From NCBI GenBank assembly GCA_010093605.1, contig MU004203.1:148156-200385 (forward strand): a stretch of 52,230 nt of DNA, read 5' to 3'. Position 1 is the stretch's first letter; each line of letters starts with the position of its first letter. Positions 12,270-21,644 of the stretch are shown one piece after another. This DNA is from Lophium mytilinum (taxonomy: Eukaryota). The position numbers and the translations under genes are program-made. The notes below the pieces were generated by a model. It was not told where the DNA came from and searched no databases. It worked only from the letters and a program-made list of their open reading frames with translations.

Positions 12270-13500
12270 GCATAGAGCTGGCATGCTAGACAGCAAGTTG
12301 AAGCAAGTCTAGACCTTCTACGATTAATTATGCTTGGATGTTTCTTGTGATGCTTTTTGAATCAGATGTGCGATTTCTGCTCTCGAACATCTATTGAAGC
12401 AACTCTACACTTTTCAGGTTAGGCTTCGACAAACTCGACATACTCTGGTTCTATCGGGAGGGACTAGAAATTTTGACTTCATTTTGCATAGACGCCCTAG
12501 ATGACACTCTTCTCGGCTTAGAATTAGCATTAGCATTCCAGACAGCTTAACGAAGCTAGTCTAGACCTTTCATGAAGGGTTAGAGGAAGTCTTTGATGAA
12601 CCAGACTTTGCACTGAAGCTTCTCGACACTATTCAAACCCAATCCAACGTGAATGTAACATGTGATGCCCTCTGAATCTGACACTGCGTTGTCATACCTA
12701 AAAATCCGTTGAATCAAGTCTAAACTAATCGTGACCTGTTACTTGTGAATGTAATGATGACCACGCTCTAAATCTTAACGGCCTCCAGCATGCTGACAAC
12801 CTATATACAAATTAGCTGTATGTTCGCTTAGAGCTCACAGTTTAGACTAGCCGTCTCTATAGTGCTGATATCAGACAACATAAGCTACACCTTTGCAGGA
12901 CCAGACATAATTTTCAAATCCCCCTGCCTAGGTCGATATGTTTAGATATGCATGTTACGTTCTAGATACTCCAGACCTGATCTTACTCCAACACATGCAA
13001 AGATCTTATAAGAATTCTCTACAAATACCGACAAACCTCAAATCAGAATCTTCAATTCAACAAGTCTCAAGTCAGGCGTCCAAAGAAGTATTCACTGCAG
13101 CCCGACAAAGTCTTTTGAAGAACCTCTACACCACGCAATATAAATGGCCTATACATGTAAAGTTTCACCTGTCTAAACCTAGCCTGGTTGTTCTAGATGT
13201 CCAGCCGCGGTCCAAATCACGATGGCATTTCATGGAGCTCGCAATCCTGACCCTTTTCTCAAACACTTTCCTTATTAGAGAAGGAAACTCGCCCCATTGT
13301 ACCTCTAGATATCCGTTTCAACCACCCAAGACCTATGCAAAACGTACGGACCGTGGATGTCACGTTCCGAGGCTCTCCAAACCTGATCCTAGCTCTCTTG
13401 TGGGTTGAGATTATCGCGAAACAGCGCCTTATTTCCATCAAGATCCAGATCGTGACGCCCTATTTCAACATCCTCAAAACCAGCTCAATAATACCACATC
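12270..13500 (+). repeat. Degenerate intergenic repeats, possibly the same family as the 29-33 kb array
   Basis: AGACAGC..GAAGC.AGTCTAGACCTT at ~12281 and ~12534; TGTGATGC..TGAATC..TTGAA.CAA.TCTA.AC at ~12347 and ~12661; ATGT.ACGTTC at ~12952 and ~13357. Confidence 0.4.
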
Positions 13501-15371
13501 AATGCGACTCAAAAAACTCCTCCTGCCGCCCCTAGCCTATCCAGGCTTTCTACATTCGAATGAAACGGTCACAACCGTCCAGATTAAACCAGCTGACTCT
13601 CCTGTTGTGTTCCCCAATGCTTCTTCCTCCCGACAAGGACGTTCCTAGGCAGCCAGCCTGCCTAGGGCTCGATATATCGAGCGTTTATAGGAAGGCGTGC
13701 TCTTGGCCGAAGGGATTGAGGTTGGTATGGCAAGCGGTCGAGAACGGGTCACACGTTGTGAGCGTTTGGGGCGTGGGAGAGATTGTCGAGGGAGGCAAAG
13801 GTCTCATTTCCCGCCCGTCGAAGAGAGTGGCAGAGTAGCTTATGGATCTGGAATGGAGAGAAGAAGGGCTGGGGATCTGTTAGCTGGCATGAACGAAAGT
13901 GTTTTGGTGTTGTAATGTTTGTCTGGCCGCCTCGTTGATGTGAAAATTGAGAGGGTAGCGGACAACGCGGTCGTCACTAGAAATGTGAGATAGGATTGAA
14001 GATACAGGATGAGCTGTCCGCGTCTGACTTGAAATATTGTGAATTGTCTTAAGACTTGGGAGTCGGCGTCCATGTGAGTTGGCCCGGCCGCCATCTTGCG
14101 CAAGACCTGACGAGCGCCGCTTGTACTGAATTGGCTCTGGACGCCGTATGAGCTTACCAAGGGTCCAAAGCTGTTCGGCCGGTGGGTTCGTTGATGCAGA
14201 GCCGTTGGTGTTGAGGTTCACAACCTCCTCGCGCGGTCTACGGGTGGATTGAAGGAGGCGGCTGGCAGTGCCATCGCCATCGGCAGCAGAGTTTTGAACA
14301 TGGAAGGCTCTTGTAGCTGTTGCTTGAGTAATGTAGAGGGACTAGAGCATGGTGAGGCCGAAGCAGACGCGTCAGAAGATACTGAGTATGTCGTCGTCTC
14401 AAGGAAGATCTGAGTGGTGTCGGCCATGCTGAAGCCATCGGTGGAGCAGAAATAAGGATAGTCTCTTCCTTAGCTCTTTTGCGATCATAAGTAATATCCA
14501 TGAGGTTTCAAGATGCGCGGTGGTGTAGGGAGAGAAGGCCTGTTGGAGGCGCTGTCTTGACGGCCGTCTTGTGGGATAGGCGGCGCCGTCGACCTCCGGG
14601 GAGCAGATATCTCGATGGGAGTCTTTTAGTTAGCTATTCAAAGAAAAGTCTTCTGTTCAAAGGGATCTCACGATGCGTCGCGGGGTGGCCAATGAAGGAA
14701 TGCTGTGCTGTCCGTGACGGTTTCTCGCCCACCGTATGGCGGCGGCATCGCCATCTAGAAAGTATTCACGGGGCAAACCACTCTCCCGACCAAACAGCTG
14801 GCCTTGGGACATACTCATGATTACGATGCATGGCCCTCTATCTCGACAGATCCTGGGTTGATCGCCGTCTCGCAGACGCCCGGTGTCAGACGGCACAACA
14901 CACGAAGTAGCTCACGGGGATGGCTTCCTATTGTTTAGTAGACCTTCTTAGGATACCTAGAGCTCTACGGAGATCGTGAGACGCGCCTTTCCGAAGGCGC
15001 TGCTCTTGGTGTGGCCACCGGAGCTCTTCAACACCATCGCCAGCTCACTCCCGTCGGGCCGCCGCAACGATCGCTGACAGTCATCAAGCATGCTTGCTAC
15101 CGCTCTACAACATACATAGAGCATGAGACCAACGCGCGGCAAGCATGGAGAGTAGCAGCATGACAGCATGGAGCCCTACACCAGAGGCGCACAGCCATTG
15201 CCTATCATCATCACAACAAGACGCGTCAAAACCACCGCGACCAACACCGCACACCTAGACACAGTCAAGGCAAGAGCTGATCAAAACACCAAAGCATTTC
15301 TTCTTCGAGTACCCAGACAAGCTGAGCAGTTCAATGAAAAAAGAGGTTGAAGAGATATCTCATTCGAGTTT

Positions 15372-15553
15372 GTTTGTTCCAAAAATTCCCTGCCGATCCC
15401 GAAGGACCAACAGGAGCAGGTCGATTGTAGTTTTCAATCAGCAAAAGACACGGTCTCGGACGAATCCTCACTGACGCGCGTAATGCCCTGAGAAGATGTT
15501 AGTGAGGAGCTGTGGAAAGGAAGGGGTGGAGTGGACGAACCTTGCACTAGGAT
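15372..15553 (-). ncRNA. U4: U4 spliceosomal snRNA interrupted by a spliceosomal intron (exon 1 15553-15541; exon 2 15487-~15372)
   Basis: The spliced sequence AUCCUAGUGCAAG|GGCAUUACGCGCGUCAGUGAGGAUUCGUCCGAGACCGUGUCUUUUGCUGAUUGAAAAC closely follows S. cerevisiae U4 as I recall it (AUCCUUAUGCACGGGAAAUACGCAUAUCAGUGAGGAUUCGUCCGAGAUUGUGUUUUUGCUGGUUGAAA). It has the kink-turn 5' stem-loop, stem I UUUGCUG, a 3' hairpin CCUGUUGGUCC-UUCG-GGAUCGGCAGG and the Sm site AAUUUUUGG (15387-15379). The 3' end is approximate. Confidence 0.93.
15488..15540 (-). other. 53-nt U2-type spliceosomal intron inside the U4 snRNA gene
   Basis: Minus strand reads AAG|GTTCGT (same donor as RMT3 intron 1), a pyrimidine-rich body, branch point CACTAAC, then ATCTTCTCAG|GG. 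Removing it restores a colinear U4. Confidence 0.88.
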
Positions 15554-15585
15554 GAAGAACGGAACTTGGTCTGGGGGCTGAGGAG

Positions 15586-15593
15586 TTTATATA
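15586..15593 (-). promoter_or_regulatory. TATA box of the U4 gene
   Basis: TATATAAA on the minus strand, 33-40 nt upstream of the inferred U4 5' end (15553). Confidence 0.7.
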
Positions 15594-15617
15594 GCTGGCG
15601 GCCAGGCGCTAGTGGAG

Positions 15618-15630
15618 TGATGACTCATCA
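15618..15630. promoter_or_regulatory. AP-1/Gcn4(CpcA)-type site upstream of U4
   Basis: TGATGACTCATCA (perfect ATGACTCAT core with extended dyad symmetry), flanked by direct GCGCTAG copies at 15606 and 15631. Confidence 0.4.
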
Positions 15631-16587
15631 GCGCTAGACAGTTTAACGGGGGTAGTTTAATCGTCCCGGTGCACCTACACTGTAGAGGGGTGGTGCCTGG
15701 GGCCGTGCGTTGGAGAGCGCCGGGCGGTGGAATGTCGCGGAATCTGGCGGAAGCTCTGGAGTGGTGCCTGGTTCCAGGACGTGGCTCGTGAGTGAAGCAG
15801 TGTGGCGCGGGAGGTGAGAGTGGCTTGCCCGAGCGCTAGCTACGCCCCGAGCAGCCTAATACTATGCCGTTCCTGCTCGGACCGCCTTAGAGATTGTGAA
15901 GAGGACAAATTTGTGTCATCTGAACCCTCATGCCTTCTTATGCCTATTCCACCACTCTGCGTCTGCCACCGGCCTTGCTTCTCTCCTGTTGTATCCAGTG
16001 TCGAACACTCTGATCTGAGAACTATTTAATCACATTCGTATCCTCTAAATATATCTTGCATTAGCATTATGTGTCCTGAATTCACAAATCTGTACTTTGC
16101 GGGTTGTGCGTCGCGAGAATTTGGTGATGCCTCTTCCGTTCATCCATATTACACACTTTCACATCTACACTACACTCTTATTGACACCTGCATGCTTTCT
16201 ACTCTACGGAACTTCTTTTAGCAGGATCTATCTGTTGTCGTACATGCTGCAGCTCTTAGATATTCTCAACACGGTAGCCGATTTGATACTTTGAAACTGG
16301 ATATTTCCATCGAGGATATGTTACAATTCCCCTCTCAAAGTCTCGAGACTGCAAATCAATCTAGTGTCACGGATAGTAGCTCACTTAAACACCGACAATA
16401 GTTCACTGTGTTGCGAATAGTAGCTCACTGTGATCTAGATCGTAGCTCATTGTATTTTAGGAAAAACTCATTCGGCGTTATATTAATTGTCAGCAAGATA
16501 TCGATTCGTTCTCGAAGTTCTGCGTCATGTACTACTCGACCCTTACTCACGGCTCCCGCTCTTCGATTATCTTGAAGGAGCGATCTC

Positions 16588-17656
16588 CTAGCTGTCTTTG
16601 CTAGTGGCGAGAGCGCTGTTAATACCCGCTTCAATATTCTCCAATACCCGCTCGACCAACCCCTGACTCCTGAATTGCGCGAGCAACCTTTCAACCTTGG
16701 GCCCCGCACTCTCCCCATTCGCGTCAATCGAATACACGCCACTGCCAGCCTGGCCGTCCATCCCCCTCGCAAGAGCCACCCCGTCAGCCAACGGAACCCC
16801 AGACATCGCGTCTTCAGCCCCCGAAGAATACCGCGCACTGGTACAAAGAAACAAATGGCGATCGCCCGCTTCCATGAGCGGGATATGCACGAGCGGGCCC
16901 AGCACAGCCCACACAGTCTTCAAAAAGCGCATCAGCCCGCCAATGGAGCCGCGCGCGATGCCCGACTCCACGGCGCCGGGGAAGTTGTGCACGAAGGAGA
17001 CCTCGGGAGCCGCCTTGTGGTGCGCCTCTAGGGCTAAAGTCGTGATGGCGGCCTCATGGCCTGCAAGCGCCATGCGGCCGAGATTCCAGCCTTGGAAGTC
17101 GGCCATGTCGATCTGGCTCTCGAAGGTGGCCATGAAGACGGTGACGACGCGACGTAGGCCTTTACCGCGGCGGATCAGAGGGAGTAGGTTTGAGATGAAG
17201 CGGTTACGGCTGTATACGGTTAGGGCGGCTGGATAGTTGAGCCCTTCTTCTGTTTCTGCGTGGGTTTAGCGGAGGAAGCGAGGGAGAAGTGTTTGCGGAC
17301 TCACTGAAGCTGAGTTGTAGGGTACCAACGGTCAAGCAGAGCAAGTTGATGACCTCTTCCTTGCTCCCCAGCTCCTTGCAGATCTCGTCTACGTTGCGCA
17401 TAAGGCTTGTTTCTCGTTGAAGGAAGACAAAGGTGCCTTCAGGGTTGAGCGCTTCGCACTCGGCGGTGATGCGGTCGCCAGCCTCCCGAGAGCGCCCGAC
17501 GATGTAGACTCGCGGCTGAGATGCGTGCTTCGCGAATTGTCTCACTGTTGTTTCTCCAACTCCATTGGTGCCTCCAACAAAAACCGCGACAAGTCCGGCG
17601 GGGAGGGTAGACTTGATGCGGTCGTTCGAAGACTCTATGATATCAAGAGAGACCAT
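16588..17656 (-). CDS. Short-chain dehydrogenase/reductase-like oxidoreductase; exons 17656-17305, 17255-16588
   Basis: Rossmann motif VAVFVGGTNGVGE, YIVGRS, TEEGL..A..VYSR.RF..NLLP and SFVHNFPGAVES. Intron GTGAGT..GCTAAA..CAG (17304-17256) joins the two ORFs in frame. Confidence 0.88.
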
Positions 17657-19119
17657 GTTGATGTTCGGATCTTTTGAGACGATTTTCGAGGATTAGGGCA
17701 GGCTTGTCTACTACCGAATCTTGTGTTTAGGAAATATACTACCTTTGTACAAACGTCGTCTTACGGACCACTTATAGATGCACCGACTCAGAGAGCAGTG
17801 ATAGTCATGACGTCATTACGGTACCGGTCGTTTCTTGTCCTGGCTGGAACATCGACTCTTCTGCATCCCTAGGAGAAGGGAGGCTCCATGTTCGCGAGGA
17901 AATAGGCCTACTAATGCGGGATGCATTCTGTCTCGGGGTCCGCGGCCTCCGGAGTCCAACCCGAGGCATCGGCGAATCATCGTCCAGAGTCGAAAAGGTG
18001 AACACAATTAGACTAGCGAGTCTTCAGGGGGATCATTGGCATTCAAATGAAGCTGTTCGGGAAAGGAGTGGGTAGCCTGGAGGGAGCTCTGGACAAGTGA
18101 CAATGCATGCCTGCGGAAGAGCGGCGAGGCTGGCTATAGCTGTGCTAACCTCATTGGGACTCTAAAAGATATGTAAAGTCCGCATACCCAAGAACATCGA
18201 TTTGATTCATATCTCCGTGCTATATTCAGTTGGTCGTCGCTTGTTTCACCGGTTCCTGATCTATCAATTAATTAGGAGTTTCTTGGATTGGTGGCTGCGC
18301 CCGCAGTCGTCCTGTGCAGGCATGGAAATTTCAATACTACCCTTCTAGAGTTCTTGATGTGCCCTTGTGCTTTCCATCTCAGTGGAGAAGTGCTAGCTCC
18401 GAAGTTTTTGCACAACGCCTTCATTATCTAACTATGACGGGCTTGGATATACTCTAAGTCAGTGACTTCGTCCACAATCATGCAGTGTGAGCATAACAAT
18501 ATCAGGCCTCTGTTTCTAGGCCCTACATATGCTGCCAGAAGAGCTGTTGCTCTGACCAGGCCGCAATACTGAGGCTGCTGTTCGGGACATCCATCTTTGG
18601 GTCTCACAGTATGGCCAGAAGTCCTCCGAAGAGGTCACTGACCCGGCAGCCATCGAGTATGTGCAATGTCGTCCCAATGCTCTGTCTATAGGCTCTGGGG
18701 ATGTGCTCAGAAGTAGCATAGCTACAGTAGCATCCTGATACTGAACATGCCGCTCTTGAAATCCCTTCTGCTCAAGTGTCAACACGCCAGAGGTGGCTCA
18801 ACCAAGTGACTACTCCCGCAGCCCTCCTACTCTCCGCCTACAGCATCGCCCCTCCTCTCCTAAGCCCCTAAAACTCCAGATAATGCTCTGTTAGCCTGCC
18901 TGTGGTGTGGTGGCAGAGTAACCGACCCCACTCCCACATCACAAGTCTTGGCGTAGCCGCCATCAACAACCTCACTTCACGCCCTCCAACCTTCTCCTCT
19001 CCACCACCACAGCGTCACAAACCGTCACACCCCCCTACACCGCGTGCGCCCGCTCTTCTGCCGCTTCGTCCGCTTCATCAACAACAACTCACACAATCAA
19101 CCACTCTCCGCGCGGAACA

Positions 19120-19848
19120 ATGGCCGAAAACGCCCCCAACACCACCCTCCCCGACCCCGCCGAGCTCACAGACTTCCTCGACGCCGGGTATGTCCCGGAG
19201 TGGAGCGTGCCCGCCAACGGCCGCCCAAGGCTCACGCTGAGGTGGGCTCCAGGTACGATTTCGCTCCAAAACGTTCGAATTAGAGAGGAAATAGCTAACA
19301 GAACCGCAGCCGCCGTCACTACCACCGCCCCCGAGGCACCAGAAGAAGAAGAAGAAGAAGACGCCGAAGAGGAAACCGAGGAGCACGAAGAAGAAGAAGA
19401 AGCCGCCGAAGCCGCCGCCGCCACCTCCACCAACCCCACCCACGCCAACCGCTTCGCCTTCCAGTACGTCCCCGCCGAGCGCGCCTGGCTCGCTGCCGCC
19501 CTCATCGGCGAGCACCCCGCCGCACACTGCGGCATCCCGGACCCGCTGTGGTCGCGGCTGGCGCGGCGCCACGCGGCCGAGATCGCGGGACGGGTGCTGG
19601 CAGGCGTGCAGTATGCGCCGCGGCCGAAGCGGACCGGACGGAGCCTGAAGCAGGAGTATCTCCGCAATGCGGAGTGGTACGATGCGGGGGAGGCGCCGGT
19701 GTGGTTTGCGGGGAAGGTGATGAAGAGGGAGACGTTCTTGGCCGGGGGGTGGGGGACGAAGGGGGGAGAAGAGGGGGAGGAAGAGGTGGAGGTGGAGGTG
19801 GAGGAAGAGGATGAGGAGGAGATGGAGGAGGAGGAGACGGAGGAGTGA
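19120..19848 (+). CDS. Hypothetical acidic protein; probable in-frame 57-nt intron 19253-19309 (223 aa spliced)
   Basis: Long ORF with strong codon bias and poly-Glu tracts; the internal GTACGA..GCTAAC..CAG segment differs in composition from its flanks. No recognised domain. Confidence 0.65.
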   Translation: MAENAPNTTLPDPAELTDFLDAGYVPEWSVPANGRPRLTLRWAPGTISLQNVRIREEIANRTAAAVTTTAPEAPEEEEEEDAEEETEEHEEEEEAAEAAAATSTNPTHANRFAFQYVPAERAWLAAALIGEHPAAHCGIPDPLWSRLARRHAAEIAGRVLAGVQYAPRPKRTGRSLKQEYLRNAEWYDAGEAPVWFAGKVMKRETFLAGGWGTKGGEEGEEEVEVEVEEEDEEEMEEEETEE

Positions 19849-19949
19849 GAGGGGTTGGGGATGTTCTGGGGGGGCTTGGGCCTGAGGCCGTTGACAATGC
19901 TGCTGGGGAGTAGATTCTGGGGGTGATAATGGAATGGAGAGGTTCGAGA

Positions 19950-21120
19950 CTGCGTATTTGGCTCTTTGAGATTAAGTCTGTGACTGTGGTGATGATGTAT
20001 GAGGTGCTATGCCTTACTACTATATATACCGGTGTAGTGTAGCCTTTTGGACTTGCGAATCGGAGGGCTGACTTCACTGATCTCCTTTTCAACTAGCTAT
20101 AGCACCACCAAGTTGTAAAGATGGGTATTGTTTTCACCGCGACGGGACTGTGGGAGCGAGGTGATAACGTTTGAGGTGCCCTGACTTACTTCTATAGAAT
20201 TTAGCATAGTGTATCTTCTAAGGACTGCGGATCGGAGAACTGCTACACACTGACCTCTTTTTGAACTAGCTGTGGCACGACTAGGTATTGGATGATGGAT
20301 ATCACGTACTCTTGAATGCAATTGTGCGAGCATTATGACGCTGTAAGAGGTGTCATGATTCTGAGCAAGGATATAGAATATAATGTACCTTTTTCAATCG
20401 ACGGATTAGATAGCTGACTTTACACACCTGCTCCTGGCCTCATATAGCACTACTAGAGCGGAGAGATGGATGTTGTGTGCTGTACAACATGATTGTGAGA
20501 GAGGGATGATGCTGTAAGAGGTGCCCTGGCTCCCTCCTCTAGATTAGACCGTAATGTAACTTTTCCATCCTCGCAAATTAGATCACTGACCTTACAAACC
20601 TCCTACTAGCTTCCTATAGCATCACCAGCGCCGAGAGATGGATATCGCACGTCTTGCCTTGTAATAGTGCGAGTATGATGACGCTGTAAGAGGTGACCTG
20701 ACTGTCACATATGAATCGAAGGGCAATGTCCCTCTTTTAGACCTGTGAATTAGACCGCTAGCTTTCCACGCCGTTCCTTAGCACCCATAGCACCGCCAAA
20801 CATCAAGAGACCAATATCGTGAACTACACAGCGTGCTATTGTGAGGGCGCTGACGCTGTACGAAGTGCCCTAACTCTCAGTCTTGAATCGAAGGGCAATG
20901 TTCCTCTCTCAGACCTGTGAATTGGACCGTAGCTCTACGCACCTTCTCCTAGCGACCCACCGCACCCCCAAGCGTAGAGAGCTGGATATCGTGTACTATA
21001 CAACGCAATCCTGCATGCGGGGTGACGCTGTATGAGGTGCCCTGACCCTCATACATCTATCTAAGTGAATGTTTCTTTCCAAGACGCGTGAATTACGCCG
21101 CTGACTCCACACGGCATTTG
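19950..21120 (+). repeat. Degenerate tandem array, ~172 bp period, ~7 units
   Basis: GAGGTG(CCCTG)-type core at 20001, 20173, 20347, 20518, 20690, 20862 (GAAGTG), 21034; most units also share ATAGCAC, GATGGATAT and GACGCTGTA motifs. Confidence 0.85.
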
Positions 21121-21644
21121 CTAGCAGCTGGAGCAGCTTCATGCGTTGAAAGAGAGGGCATGATACGGAGGTAGTGCATGATGATTTGAAGGAAATGAGA
21201 CACGGGGAATTGGATTGAGGGTCATTTTGGATTACGGCGTAGAGAGTGAAGTGGGAGGACGGCAATGTCAGAGGTGGCTTCACGTGTTTTCAGAGAAACC
21301 AAGGTCTTGAGGATAGAGACTGTGATTTGAAATATATGGGACTTGAAAAGCTAACTCTGAGGGCATATTTCGCCATCTGAGGGAACAGACAGCATGCCAA
21401 TGATACGGTGTGAGACGGTTTTGTATGTCGAGAGGGTATGGAAAGCGATGAAGTGACAAGAGCAGATTTACCATCTACCTACCTAGCTTGCAACCTCCAC
21501 TATCAAAGTTGGTATAGGCACGAACCATACACCTGAAATCAGCATGCCAGACAGCCGATTGTGTCACTCATCTACCACCGTCTGCCATGGCTCAACACAT
21601 TGTGAAAAATTTCGTCTCACCAACAATTTTGTCGACTCCAACTA

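Noticed and set aside
13840..15350. Short ORFs downstream of U4
   Set aside because: No motifs, no consistent splice model, and lengths compatible with chance.
15533..15540. Intron start GTTCGTCC matches U4's own TTCGTCC loop sequence
   Set aside because: GTTCGT is an ordinary donor in this window (RMT3 intron 1), and a 7-nt match is too short to claim a duplication origin.
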